Of a stretch of 64,000 bases of DNA, positions 9,355-18,920 are shown piece by piece. A model generated the notes under the pieces. The model was not told where the DNA came from. It was given only the letters and a program-made list of their open reading frames with translations, and did no database searches. Position numbers and translations under genes: made by a program. How positions within the stretch are numbered: position 1 is the first letter of the stretch; every line of letters begins with the position of its first letter. Origin of the DNA: Candidatus Magasanikiibacteriota bacterium (GTDB lineage Bacteria; Patescibacteriota; Patescibacteriia; Magasanikbacterales; GWA2-37-8); assembly GCA_030650025.1 (NCBI GenBank), contig JAUSEN010000009.1, forward strand, positions 93,144-157,143. Direction: 5' to 3'.

Positions 9355-9722
9355 TGCCGCGAATGTCTCTGCCGATAGGCTCGCAAATCTGCCGCGCTGG
9401 GTCGGCGGTAGAGCGCGGCAGTTTCTCGTCGATCTTCCTCCGACTCATCTTCGCGCTTTTTTGCTAATTCCTCTTCACTTAAAGCTGGTAGCGGCAGTTT
9501 TTCGCTACCTCTAAACGGCAGATTCAGGGTTCTGGTGTCGTGTAAAATTTTTCTCATGTAGATAAATTAAGTATATTAATATCCCAACCATTATATATAT
9601 TAGCAAAAAATTACAAAAACAAAAACCCCTCTAATTTTTAGAGAAGCTTTTGGTTGGCCACGTCCGTGCTATTGATTCGGACGGGATTAGGCTGCCGTTA
9701 GGTTAGGTGCGTGTCACACACA

Positions 9723-9743
9723 TAGCTCCTGGGGTAGGAATTG
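9723..9743. repeat. 21-bp direct duplication of the tRNA-Asn 3' end (att-like remnant)
   Basis: tagctcctggggtaggaattg is repeated at 9793..9813 inside the tRNA. The intervening 50 nt form hairpins but not a tRNA. Confidence 0.7.
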
Positions 9744-9795
9744 CCATGAACCACAAAGGGTTCATGGTCCGCCTTTGGCGGAAACCTATCCGTAG

Positions 9796-9867
9796 CTCCT
9801 GGGGTAGGAATTGAACCTACAGTAACTGCATTAACAGTGCAGCGTTTTACCATTAAACTACCCAGGA
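9796..9867 (-). tRNA. tRNA-Asn (anticodon GTT)
   Basis: It folds as TCCTGGG/CCCAGGA acceptor, D-arm GTTT-AATGGTA-AAAC, anticodon arm CTGCA-CTGTTAA-TGCAG and T-arm GTAGG-TTCAATT-CCTAC. The CCA end is not encoded. Confidence 0.85.
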
Positions 9868-9871
9868 ATAA

Positions 9872-9898
9872 AAACAGTCCGCCCGAGGCGGACTGTTT
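9872..9898. terminator. 12-bp perfect hairpin aaacagtccgcc-cgag-ggcggactgttt (bidirectional terminator)
   Basis: Perfect inverted repeat immediately 5' of tRNA-Asn. Confidence 0.6.
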
Positions 9899-10045
9899 AG
9901 AAGCGTGCCTAAGTTTTAGGCAACAACAAACTCATCCGCCGAAGAGGTATTATTATTGCGACGATTATTGTGGCGAATGAATAACTGCATAGTGTAAATA
10001 TAGAATATCAGATAGCGTCCAGTTTTGTCAAGGGTCGATTTCATT

Positions 10046-10429
10046 TTATGCCTCTTTTCTCCTTACTAGCCACCAGTGGTAGCCAAACAACGGCAAGCCG
10101 ACAATAATCATAGACAAATCGCGCACCAGGTCGCGTTGGCGTTGTCCGGCGCGATTTTCGGTTTCCTGTTTTTCCCGGCTTGCTTTATCCAGGCAGGGCG
10201 GGCCGCCAAATTCTTTGCCGCGCGGCGTGCCGGTGGCGGCGGCGAGATCGCACGTCGGTTCCGGATAGCCATAAATATTTTTATCGGCCAGAGTAAAAAC
10301 ATAAGTGCGCAGAACAATGTTAATTACGTCGCCCAGCGAAAACACCATCATCATTAGGGCGACAAACGAGACGAGGTAGAGGTAGAGGTTTTTGAGGAAA
10401 GAAACTTTTGACGAAGCTGGAGAGTCCAT
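10046..10429 (-). CDS. small membrane protein, hypothetical
   Basis: A 127 aa ORF with two hydrophobic segments. Confidence 0.4.
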   Translation of the reverse strand: MDSPASSKVSFLKNLYLYLVSFVALMMMVFSLGDVINIVLRTYVFTLADKNIYGYPEPTCDLAAATGTPRGKEFGGPPCLDKASREKQETENRAGQRQRDLVRDLSMIIVGLPLFGYHWWLVRRKEA

Positions 10430-10457
10430 ATTTTTGAATTAGGAATTAAGTTACCAT

Positions 10458-10718
10458 TTATGCTTCGAGGGCGGCAATCAGGCTTTTGGCAGTTTTATGA
10501 GTAGTGTAATTCCCCAAGGCATAATCGAGCCGCGCTTCATTGATAATTTCGTCGAGCGTTTCGGCGCGGTTTACTCGTTTTAGGTCTTTGATTCCAATCT
10601 CTACCACAATTTTTTTCTCCAGCGGATAAGTGGAAAGATAACGAAAAGCCGACAAAGGTATATTAACCATCGCCTCGCCTGTTCTTTTTGAATTTTTGGT
10701 TAGAATTTTGGTTTCCAT
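10458..10718 (-). CDS. hypothetical small protein, possible AbrB/MazE-like DNA-binding fold
   Basis: An 86 aa ORF with a weak resemblance (NIPLSAFRYL ... KKIVVEIGIKD) to swapped-hairpin antitoxins. Confidence 0.3.
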   Translation of the reverse strand: METKILTKNSKRTGEAMVNIPLSAFRYLSTYPLEKKIVVEIGIKDLKRVNRAETLDEIINEARLDYALGNYTTHKTAKSLIAALEA

Positions 10719-10896
10719 AGTGTTTGGTTATTTAACCCGACTATGATAACACGAAATAAAAATCCAAGCAAATTTGGGTGCGCGCCGAGCCGAGGCGCGC
10801 ACCATAGGGGGCTGACGGGGATATAATTAGTTAGGCGCTAGTAATAAAAAGCCGATTCGTTCAATAATGATTTTGGCGATTTATCTTTAATGTCTT

Positions 10897-11115
10897 CTAT
10901 TCCTTGTATCCATCTTTGCTTAGGTTTGCTTGATGCCGAGGGGTGCCGTAATCATTATAAAATTTTATAATGGAAACGTCGGCTTGTAACATGCCATCCG
11001 TTTTAAGTTGGTCATAGAGCATTCCAAATGTCCATCCATGAATATCTGGAAGCATTTTAGCTCTAACGTCCTGTTCTCCTAATTCGGCAAACGATTGTGG
11101 AAGTCTATCAGACAT
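10897..11115 (-). CDS. hypothetical small protein
   Basis: A 72 aa ORF downstream of fic. Confidence 0.3.
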   Translation of the reverse strand: MSDRLPQSFAELGEQDVRAKMLPDIHGWTFGMLYDQLKTDGMLQADVSIIKFYNDYGTPRHQANLSKDGYKE

Positions 11116-11177
11116 ATAAAATTTATAAAAAGTTATTAACAGTTATACTCGACCACCCAATAAATTGCTAAAATAAT

Positions 11178-12131
11178 TTATTTCGCAATTTTTCTCTGCC
11201 TCGTTCTGTTTTTCAGGTACCGCTCAACTGCTTCTTTCGTCGTTAGCCAATCCCTACCCTCTTTATGCGCCTCTAACTTCCCTTGCCTAGCCAGCAAGTT
11301 TAAATATTTTGCAGTAAAAGGTGCAGTTTTAGATATTTCAGTTAGTGATACAAACTTTTCCTGTTTCATAGTCGCGGGAGTCAAAGTCTTAAGATAAATA
11401 TCAAGCGAGCGCTCTATCGATTGAGCGACAAATTTAATTAGAGGCTCATATTTGCCACTATCCGCTTTATCCAAAACGTCATAATATTTCTTTCGGTCAG
11501 TTTTCATAATGACTACCAGCGGATATCCGGCCTGCATTAAAAATAAATTCATCGTTAGGCGAGCGGTTCGGCCGTTGCCGTCAAAAAATGGGTGAATGTG
11601 GACTAATTTATGGTGTAACAGGGCGGTCAATTCAATTACATTCAGCTTGTTTTTTTGTGAAGCAAGCCACGTAATTAAATCCCGCATTTTTTGTGGTACT
11701 TGTAGCGCGTCGGGTGGCGTATGTTTGGCACCGCCAATAATGACGTTGGCGTTTCGGTAGCGGCCAGCCCACTCTTTATCGGTTTCTTGTAAAATAATTT
11801 GGTGCAAATTTTTTATGAGCATTTCGGAGACAGTGTGTTTTTTGTCTTTGTCTACCAAGTCGTACAAATATTCCAGCGCGGCATGGTGGTCTTTGGCCTC
11901 CAAATGGTCTTTTAAAGGTTTGCCTTTTACCGTAATACCTTCGTTAATAACCAAAAAAGTCTCTTTTAAGGTCAAAGAGTTGCCTTCAATGGCATTTGAG
12001 TTGTAGGTCATTTCAATCTGAAATTTTTCTCGAAGTTTTTGGACAGCAGATTTTGGTAGGGGACGGAGCTTATTGAGTTTAGCCAGCTTTTCTTCCAGGC
12101 GGGTTTTTATCATTGGTGAAAGGTAGGGCAT
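11178..12131 (-). CDS. fic: Fic family protein (class II, AMPylation-type motif)
   Basis: It carries the canonical HPFFDGNGRTARL motif. The N-terminal SNAIEGN matches the intramolecular inhibitory (S/T)xxxE(G/N) motif. Confidence 0.85.
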   Translation of the reverse strand: MPYLSPMIKTRLEEKLAKLNKLRPLPKSAVQKLREKFQIEMTYNSNAIEGNSLTLKETFLVINEGITVKGKPLKDHLEAKDHHAALEYLYDLVDKDKKHTVSEMLIKNLHQIILQETDKEWAGRYRNANVIIGGAKHTPPDALQVPQKMRDLITWLASQKNKLNVIELTALLHHKLVHIHPFFDGNGRTARLTMNLFLMQAGYPLVVIMKTDRKKYYDVLDKADSGKYEPLIKFVAQSIERSLDIYLKTLTPATMKQEKFVSLTEISKTAPFTAKYLNLLARQGKLEAHKEGRDWLTTKEAVERYLKNRTRQRKIAK

Positions 12132-12293
12132 AGAGGAAAATGCTTAATATGGTTTAGGTGAATATTTACAGTATACCATATTAAGGAATTATGGTCAATA
12201 TATAGATAAAAAAAGCCCAATCAAAATGAATGACCTCGAGGCTCTGCCCAGGGATCATTCATTTAATTAGCTAGAAAAAGAATAATAATTCGG

Positions 12294-12728
12294 TTAACGA
12301 GATTCGCCGGTATCCCTATTTCGGGCGACACGCAACAACGCTTCTGCAACGGAAATTGTTCGCAATTCTTCATAGGAACCTTTGCGGTAGCCGACTGTTC
12401 CGCCGTGTTTTGAAATATCGTCCATCTTTTCTTTTAACAGTCTTAGCGCTTTTCGGTTTATGTCATCACGTTGTTGGTCGGAAAAAGTAATGCCCTTCCT
12501 GATTTCAAATTCTCTAATTTGTTTATCATTGCTAGTCCCACTATCTTTTTCTGCGTACGTCGTATCGTTTTGTTCTGCCGAATGCTTTAATTTGTCCGCG
12601 ATCCCCATTCCCGCGGCGAACATCCCCGCCGCTATTGCCGCGCTCCGCAAAGCTCTTTCGCCGACTCCTCTTTTCCTCGGCGCTGTTTGTTCCTCAGCGG
12701 CGTGTGGTCTAGTCAACCCTTCTTTCAT
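12294..12728 (-). CDS. hypothetical protein
   Basis: A 144 aa ORF with no motif recognised. Confidence 0.35.
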   Translation of the reverse strand: MKEGLTRPHAAEEQTAPRKRGVGERALRSAAIAAGMFAAGMGIADKLKHSAEQNDTTYAEKDSGTSNDKQIREFEIRKGITFSDQQRDDINRKALRLLKEKMDDISKHGGTVGYRKGSYEELRTISVAEALLRVARNRDTGESR

Positions 12729-12855
12729 ATTGTATGGGTTAAATAAAATTGCTAAAATTATTTGATTTCACTATTTTGGATTTTTTATTATTTCGCCTAA
12801 TGGCCGGCAACTCCGCATACGCCGGGTTGGGGTAACGTTTTTTTTGCCTCCGTCA

Positions 12856-13839
12856 TTATCGTAAGCCAACAAGTTTCCGTACGTCTGCCATGGTTTTTTT
12901 AGCCACCCCGCGCGCGCGCTCGGCGCCATCTTCTAAAATCGCGTCGAGTTTTTTAGGGTTAGCCAAAAGTTCGGCGCGGCGCGCTCTAAATCCCGCGAAA
13001 TAATTGCCAATCGCGCTCGCCAGTTCGGCTTTTAAATCGCCATATCTAATACTCCCGTTTTTTTCGGCGGCCGTAAATTCCGTGTACATTTTTTTATCAC
13101 CAAATTGTTTGAGAAGGGCAAGCAAATTGGCCGCGCCCGGGGCTTGACCGCCGCCCGCCGTGGCGGTTACAGCTTTTTTGAGTTTGGCGGCAATAATTTT
13201 TGGTTCATCCGCCATGCCAATATAGTGGCTTTCGCCCGCGCTCTTGCTCATTTTTTTCGTAGGTTCCAGCAAGCTCATTATTTTGGGGAATTGCGTGAGG
13301 AGCGGCTTGGTTTCCGGAAAATAATGGCCATAACGATTGTTAAACCAGCGCGCGCAGTCGCGCGTCATTTCCAAATGTTGCACTTGGTCCTGGCCGACTG
13401 GGACAAGAGCGCCGTGGTATAAGAGCACGTCCGCTGCCTGGAGAGCGGGGTATGTGAGCAAGCCAGCGTTAATATTTTTCGCGTTATGCTCGGATTTATC
13501 TTTAAATTGTATCATCCGAAAAAGTTCGGTCACTGGTGTTACCGTGCTAAAAATCCAAGTGAGCTCCGTGTGCTCCGGGATGTGCGACTGGACAAAAAGC
13601 GTTACTTTTTTTGGGTCAAGGCCGGAGGCAATATATTCCGCGGCCAAAAGGCGGATATTTTTGCGACGCGTTTCCGGCTTCATATCAATAGTTAGGGAGT
13701 GCAAATCCGCCACAAAGAAAAATAATTCATACTGGCCGGAGTTTTGCAGTTCCACCCAATTTTTTAAGGCGCCCAAATAGTTGCCAATATGGAGGCTCCC
13801 CGTGGGCTGCATGCCCGAAAGAATAATTGGTTTAGACAT
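12856..13839 (-). CDS. trpS: tryptophanyl-tRNA synthetase
   Basis: It carries the class I HIGH motif (TGSLHIGNYLG) and the KMSKS motif. Confidence 0.9.
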   Translation of the reverse strand: MSKPIILSGMQPTGSLHIGNYLGALKNWVELQNSGQYELFFFVADLHSLTIDMKPETRRKNIRLLAAEYIASGLDPKKVTLFVQSHIPEHTELTWIFSTVTPVTELFRMIQFKDKSEHNAKNINAGLLTYPALQAADVLLYHGALVPVGQDQVQHLEMTRDCARWFNNRYGHYFPETKPLLTQFPKIMSLLEPTKKMSKSAGESHYIGMADEPKIIAAKLKKAVTATAGGGQAPGAANLLALLKQFGDKKMYTEFTAAEKNGSIRYGDLKAELASAIGNYFAGFRARRAELLANPKKLDAILEDGAERARGVAKKTMADVRKLVGLR

Positions 13840-13848
13840 ATTTATTAT

Positions 13849-14130
13849 TTAAGACTTCGCGGGAATTTTAATGGATGGATTAGTTGGTTCCGGGTCTTCG
13901 ATTTCCGCGAGCATTTTGCCGCAGGCCAGAATTTTTTCTTTGGCCGGATGCTCAGCGAATTCTTCAAAACTAATTAGTTCCAAGTAGATATTATAGACCA
14001 AGCGCCACAGCCGCGGATCAGCGGCCAGGACGTCCCTTTCTTTAAGAATTTTGCCGCTTACTACCAGCCCGGTTAAGCGCGCCAGCTCGGTCGCGGCCGC
14101 TTCAGAACGGCCGCGATTTTCGTCTATCAT
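13849..14130 (-). CDS. hypothetical protein
   Basis: A 93 aa ORF between trpS and rlmH on the same strand. Confidence 0.35.
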   Translation of the reverse strand: MIDENRGRSEAAATELARLTGLVVSGKILKERDVLAADPRLWRLVYNIYLELISFEEFAEHPAKEKILACGKMLAEIEDPEPTNPSIKIPAKS

Positions 14131-14142
14131 AGAGGACGGTAG

Positions 14143-14622
14143 CTAATAATGATATGATCGGTTATTTTGAATCATCATAGCACGGTACAGTTGCTCGAGC
14201 AAGGTAACGCGCGCCATTTGGTGAGTGATGGTAATGGCGCCGAGCGAGAGCACCAGCTCTGCTTTTTTTCTCACGTCTTCAGAGAGCCCCAAAGGCCCCC
14301 CGATTATAAATACAACCCGGCTTCCATATTGCATGGTAATTTGAGAGATTTTTAGAGAGAGCGCTTCCGAAGAAAATTGCTTCCCAGTGGCATCGAGCGC
14401 TATTACATAGGCAGGCGGTATTTTTTTAAGCGTTGCTAAAATTTTTTCGCCCTCAAGTTTTTTAATTGCCTCTTGGCTACTTTTCTCGTCAAAGCTCTCT
14501 TCTTTTAATTCAACAATTTCTACCCGGGCATAGGGCGTAAGCCGCTTAATATATTCCGCGGCTGCCTCGCGCCAGTAAGATTCTTTGAGTTTGCCAATTG
14601 TTATGATATTTATCTTCAGCAT
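14143..14622 (-). CDS. rlmH: 23S rRNA (pseudouridine1915-N3)-methyltransferase RlmH
   Basis: A 159 aa SPOUT-family protein with the typical RlmH N-terminus MKINIITIGKLKESYWREA. Confidence 0.8.
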   Translation of the reverse strand: MLKINIITIGKLKESYWREAAAEYIKRLTPYARVEIVELKEESFDEKSSQEAIKKLEGEKILATLKKIPPAYVIALDATGKQFSSEALSLKISQITMQYGSRVVFIIGGPLGLSEDVRKKAELVLSLGAITITHQMARVTLLEQLYRAMMIQNNRSYHY

Positions 14623-14727
14623 ATCAGCCTAGCATAGAATACTGCCCAAAAAAATTCAAGTATTGACAATTTTTGTCGCTTTGCTACGATTACTCTATTA
14701 ACCCACTTATAACTCACTTAAACGCCT

Positions 14728-15087
14728 TTGATTATGGGCCAAATTACTCATCATGCCGAACCTGCCGCCATCGGCACGCCCGGCAGAGAAAAAGACCCCC
14801 AGCGCCTTGAAGACAGGATGATTGCTCACTTGGATACTAGGAGAGCGCATGTTGATAGGGAAAAGGCTAGAGAGAGAAATGCCGCTGCTCACCGCCCAGC
14901 ATCTAGGCCGAGCCTGGAAGCTAAACCCGCTGCTAGGTTTGAAGTAACCGTTACCCAGAAGAAGAAAGGCGAAACCCGCCGCCCCGGAAGCGCCACGTTT
15001 GGTGATTTGCTTCGGCTAAAAGCTCAAGAAGATCCCGATGCCAACGTTACTTTGCATCGCATAGAACGAGGCAGAAAAGGCGAATAA
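14728..15087 (+). CDS. hypothetical basic protein
   Basis: A 119 aa ORF whose probable start is the ATG at 14734. It is preceded by a TTGACA-16-TACGAT promoter near 14660-14690. Confidence 0.35.
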   Translation: MIMGQITHHAEPAAIGTPGREKDPQRLEDRMIAHLDTRRAHVDREKARERNAAAHRPASRPSLEAKPAARFEVTVTQKKKGETRRPGSATFGDLLRLKAQEDPDANVTLHRIERGRKGE

Positions 15088-15125
15088 ATTACTTTTTAAT
15101 TATTTAATATTTTAATTAAAAAAAT

Positions 15126-15611
15126 ATGGCTGGTAGATCTCATTTTGATAGCGTCCATGTGCCAAGCGACGAGCTTATTACAGATGCTCAAGGGCACTGG
15201 ACAGGCACCAGTGCTTATCCACGCACTACCGAGCCAGGCACAGGCATGCCCGAAGCGCCCAGCTTTGCTTCTGACCCCGAACAACAGGCCACGTTTAATG
15301 AATTAGTAGAGAAGATGCAAGCCACTAGCGACCGAGTTGCTTGGTATAAATTAGCGGATGATCTTAAAGACTTGCTTAGAGAAACAGGCAACGATGCTTC
15401 GGAAGAAGCCGTCGAAGATATTGTTGGGTTACCTCCCCACAGGGAGACTGCCCAAGACGTAGCGAACGCTCAAAGAGTCGCGGCAGAAGTAGCTGTGGGA
15501 AAAAGGCAGAGGAGAAAAAAAGAACCCCGCGTCAATGTAGTGGGTGGCACATTTCACAGCCACGCGGAAGTTGCCCAAATGCCCCGGCCTGCCAAAGAGA
15601 AAGCGGCTTAA
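15126..15611 (+). CDS. hypothetical acidic protein
   Basis: A 161 aa ORF with no motif. Confidence 0.35.
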   Translation: MAGRSHFDSVHVPSDELITDAQGHWTGTSAYPRTTEPGTGMPEAPSFASDPEQQATFNELVEKMQATSDRVAWYKLADDLKDLLRETGNDASEEAVEDIVGLPPHRETAQDVANAQRVAAEVAVGKRQRRKKEPRVNVVGGTFHSHAEVAQMPRPAKEKAA

Positions 15612-16918
15612 AAGCCGTCGCTGGATTTTGATATCCAATTTTTTATAAAATCCGCAAATTTATCCTGCATAATCGCTTCCCGCGCTCGGCGCATTAAATT
15701 GAGCATAAAATGCAAGTTGTGAATACTAGCGAGGCGCAAAGCCGTGATTTCTTCGGCCGCGAAGAGATGGTGAAGGTACTGGCGTGAATAATTTTTACAC
15801 GTAGAGCACTCACAACTCTCGTCCACCGGACGGGAGTCTTTTTTATATTCAGAATTTTTTATATTCAAGCGATTTTTGCTAGGAGGGTCAAAAGTAAAAA
15901 GCATACCGTGGCGCGCTAGGCGCGTAGGCGCCACGCAGTCAAACATGTCGGCTCCGTGCTCCACCGCGATCAACAAGTCGGCTGGGTTTAGCCCCACGCC
16001 CATGGCGTAATGCGGTTTGTTTTCCGGGATGAGTGGATACACCCAATCTAAAATCTCCGCCGTCGCTGGCATATTATATCCGATACTTTCGCCGCCAATC
16101 GCTATGCCGTCAAAATCTAAACTGGAAATAAAGCGCGCCGATTCTTCGCGCAAGCTTTTATGCTGTCCGCCCTGGATAATGCCAAAGATAAAGCGTTGAT
16201 GTGGCCAGTCCTCCCCCTCGCCCCCTCCTTTGCAAAGGAGGGGGGACGACGATTCCCCTCCCCTTCGCAAAGGGGAGGGCGGCCCGCCCGAATCGCTACG
16301 CGAAGCGTTGCGGGCGGGGGGTGGGGTGTCGCTCAAGCGTAGGTGCTCAGCCAAACTTCTTTTTGCCCACGCATGCGTGCGTTCCATGGCGGCGCGGGCG
16401 TATTCTGGCGCGGCGTCGTCTGGCGTGCACTCGTCAAAGGCCATAATAATATCAGCGCCCAGTTTGTGTTGGATTTCAATAGAAGTTTCGGGAGTAAAGC
16501 GGTGCGTAGAGCCATCAATATGGCTCGTGAACGTAACGCCGTCATCATCGATTTTTACGAGGCGTGCTTGCGACACCACCCCCTTTTTCTTCTGCAACCC
16601 CAAACTAAAAACCTGGAACCCTCCCGAATCAGTCAAAATCGGGTGCGGCCAGTTCATGAATTTATGTAGCCCACCTGCGGCATAAACCAAATCTTCACCT
16701 GGCCGCAAATGCAAATGATACGTGTTGCCGAGAATTACGGGCGCTTGTAAATTTTCTAAATCTTGGCTGTCAAGCGTCTTGACTGCTCCCTGCGTTCCGA
16801 CTGGCATAAACGCCGGAGTTAAAATATCGCCATGGTCCGTATGCATAACGCCGGCGCGCGCCTGCCTGCCGGCAGGCAGGCCTGCGCCGCTGGTTTTTTG
16901 GAGTTCAAAAAATGGCAT
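15608..16918 (-). CDS. tgt: queuine tRNA-ribosyltransferase carrying two in-frame palindromic-element insertions
   Basis: The Tgt core motifs are present (PAFMPVGT, zinc site CxCxxC...H). An extra segment of about 40 aa and an 8-aa PAGRQ segment are both encoded by GC-rich palindromic repeats. Confidence 0.9.
   Translation of the reverse strand: MPFFELQKTSGAGLPAGRQARAGVMHTDHGDILTPAFMPVGTQGAVKTLDSQDLENLQAPVILGNTYHLHLRPGEDLVYAAGGLHKFMNWPHPILTDSGGFQVFSLGLQKKKGVVSQARLVKIDDDGVTFTSHIDGSTHRFTPETSIEIQHKLGADIIMAFDECTPDDAAPEYARAAMERTHAWAKRSLAEHLRLSDTPPPARNASRSDSGGPPSPLRRGGESSSPLLCKGGGEGEDWPHQRFIFGIIQGGQHKSLREESARFISSLDFDGIAIGGESIGYNMPATAEILDWVYPLIPENKPHYAMGVGLNPADLLIAVEHGADMFDCVAPTRLARHGMLFTFDPPSKNRLNIKNSEYKKDSRPVDESCECSTCKNYSRQYLHHLFAAEEITALRLASIHNLHFMLNLMRRAREAIMQDKFADFIKNWISKSSDGF
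16211..16332. repeat. GC-rich tri-hairpin element copy C1, inserted in frame within tgt
   Basis: About 92% identical over roughly 115 nt to the copy at 20764..20882 in uvrD. It contains the palindromes cccctcctttgcaaaggagggg and cccgccc...gggcggg. Confidence 0.85.
16861..16880. repeat. 20-nt perfect palindrome cctgcctgccggcaggcagg inside the tgt N-terminal codons
   Basis: The same 16-nt core, cctgccggcaggcagg, recurs at 30931..30946 in the rpsJ leader. Confidence 0.7.
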
Positions 16919-16990
16919 AGAATAGCGTCATTATACTGTTTTTGAATTTTTAATCAAGTTAGTGTAAGATGTAGATGTAACAAATTTATT

Positions 16991-17704
16991 TTGATTATAA
17001 ATCATATGGGAGAATCAGAGAACAGTGGCGAGGGGTTAGCGCCGAGGACAACGCCTGGCCGGGTAGTTGCCGAAAGTCACGATGAATTTATGGCTAGGGT
17101 GGGCGTGGCTGGCCAAGTGCCCGGCCCGGAGATTGCGCGCGAATTGCCAGCGCCATCTGTTTTAGTTTTTGATCAAGATGGATCTGTCCAAATCGATGGT
17201 AAAACTTTGCGCCCCTGGGGAGATGTTTTTGCCGGTGGCGAATTAAATCAGTATAATGGCGATCTTCAGGAGGGCTTGGTAGCCACTCCGCCTTTAGTTG
17301 AATATGATCCCGCCACCAAAATATTAAAACTAACCGCCGCCGGCCTTACTATGGTAAGAGCCAAAAATAGCGCGCCGCGCGTGGCCAAAAAAATAAAAAT
17401 AAAATCAGCTAGAGAAAAAGAAATTGAAGACGAACCAGATGCCCGGACCAGAATACTAAGCGCCCTCGGCGCTACTGCCGAAGCTATTAAAAAAGCGGGG
17501 CTACAAATTAGAATCACAGTGCTTAAAGAAACTAAACGCACGGCCACCCACCAAGTCGCGCTCGTTCAGCCCAATCGCTGGAAAAATGGCAAAGTCAGAG
17601 TGGAGCATAGCACAGACAGTCTTTTTTACCTTGATTTGAGCGACGAGAAAAATTTTCGGCGTGGGATTAAAGCCATTTCTGATTATATTGGCACCAAGTT
17701 TTAA
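16991..17704 (+). CDS. hypothetical protein
   Basis: A 237 aa ORF with no motif. Confidence 0.4.
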   Translation: MIINHMGESENSGEGLAPRTTPGRVVAESHDEFMARVGVAGQVPGPEIARELPAPSVLVFDQDGSVQIDGKTLRPWGDVFAGGELNQYNGDLQEGLVATPPLVEYDPATKILKLTAAGLTMVRAKNSAPRVAKKIKIKSAREKEIEDEPDARTRILSALGATAEAIKKAGLQIRITVLKETKRTATHQVALVQPNRWKNGKVRVEHSTDSLFYLDLSDEKNFRRGIKAISDYIGTKF

Positions 17705-17717
17705 ACTAATATTTTAT

Positions 17718-18920
17718 ATGGCGAAAGTAGAAGGACAGAGGGGCAAAAGAGGAGGAAGTAACCAAGGGCCCACCAGAAGCATGCTGGAACGAGGGCTCCG
17801 CTTCACCGGCGTTTTAGTTGCTGGTGGAATTATTTTTTCTGGGGATGATAATTTGCCTGCTCATACTGCGGATACAAATATTTCGGCTTTAACTTCTAGA
17901 GCCAGTGGCAATCCAGAAAAACGCGAGCCCGAATCAGAGCCGCTAACAATAGATCTGCAGGAAAAAGGTGGCCTGGTGCCACAAGAAGCTAAAGATAAGC
18001 TCATGGGAGTGCTTCGCCCCCAAATCGAGCGCCAAATAACTAGGATGTTGGCGATCGAGAAAGCTCGCTCCGGCTCCGCGCCTATTAAAACCGAAGTTCA
18101 AATAATTATTGAAACTGGTTTAATCGAAGTCGGAGCCGTGGCTCCGGAAGAGCGCTCCCAGATAATAGAAGTCGTGGATCCGGCAATTAAAGACGCGACA
18201 GAATTTTTTAATCACTCCAGTTTAGTCGCCCCCAAAATAACCCACGATTTTCCTCCTCATGACGGACAAGTTAAGCTTGCCAAGCTTCCCGCCTATAGAC
18301 AAGATACCAGCTTGCCCCTCATGTATGTAAAACACCCCAAAAATGTTTATAATTTTTCTTTTACGGTTAAGGTAGGTGAGAGCAGTTTTTCCGATCATGC
18401 TCAAATGGTTTACCATAATCGTGCGGCTGGCACCATTAACCGGGAAATGAATTTTGAGTACGATGATGGTCACCGCTTAATTGGCGCGACATTTTCTCGT
18501 GACCCTGTTTTAATTATGACCGACCAGGCTCGCTCTAGAGAAGACCTGGCCGCGTTTGCAACGGCTGAGATGTTACACGCCGTACTTTCTACTGTGAGTG
18601 ATAGTAGGATGCTTTCTGGCCTCATGAGCAGTGACCTTACCTCTGGCGCACAACTGGGTGCATTTTTTGCTCCTTACCATAAAACAGAAGAAGCAGTTGT
18701 GCATGCCGCTAGCCGCATTTGGATGGAGTCGTATATTGCCAAAACTGGCATAAAGTTTTCCGGAACAATGCTAGATTCTTCAACCAAAATGTACCCAGGC
18801 CTGGCTAAATTATTAGATAAAGTTCCTCATACCCAAGCTGGTGCCAACCAGCTTATTGATTGGTATATCAACAGCCCAGAAAAAATTCAAAGAATTATTG
18901 GAACTGAAATCTCCCGATAA
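17718..18920 (+). CDS. hypothetical membrane-anchored protein
   Basis: An N-terminal TM segment (GVLVAGGIIF) is followed by a large soluble domain. The stop overlaps the uvrD start (ATAATGA). Confidence 0.45.
   Translation: MAKVEGQRGKRGGSNQGPTRSMLERGLRFTGVLVAGGIIFSGDDNLPAHTADTNISALTSRASGNPEKREPESEPLTIDLQEKGGLVPQEAKDKLMGVLRPQIERQITRMLAIEKARSGSAPIKTEVQIIIETGLIEVGAVAPEERSQIIEVVDPAIKDATEFFNHSSLVAPKITHDFPPHDGQVKLAKLPAYRQDTSLPLMYVKHPKNVYNFSFTVKVGESSFSDHAQMVYHNRAAGTINREMNFEYDDGHRLIGATFSRDPVLIMTDQARSREDLAAFATAEMLHAVLSTVSDSRMLSGLMSSDLTSGAQLGAFFAPYHKTEEAVVHAASRIWMESYIAKTGIKFSGTMLDSSTKMYPGLAKLLDKVPHTQAGANQLIDWYINSPEKIQRIIGTEISR

Noticed and set aside
9151-9557. Two small minus-strand ORFs (67 aa and 68 aa) upstream of rplA
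   Set aside because: The 9151..9354 ORF overlaps the rplA promoter and structured leader, and neither has an SD. They are more likely non-coding leader or spacer.
9719-9795. Second tRNA gene upstream of tRNA-Asn
   Set aside because: Only the last 21 nt match tRNA-Asn. The preceding sequence lacks a T-loop or T-stem and an acceptor partner, so it is a partial duplication rather than a gene.
16017-16685. Plus-strand ORFs (60-151 aa) inside tgt, including one encoding SPPLRKGEGGPPESLREALRAGGGV
   Set aside because: They are the forward-frame reading of the palindromic element, which is open in several frames, antisense to the real tgt frame. The similarity to the uvrD insert peptide is explained by the shared repeat, not by a gene.
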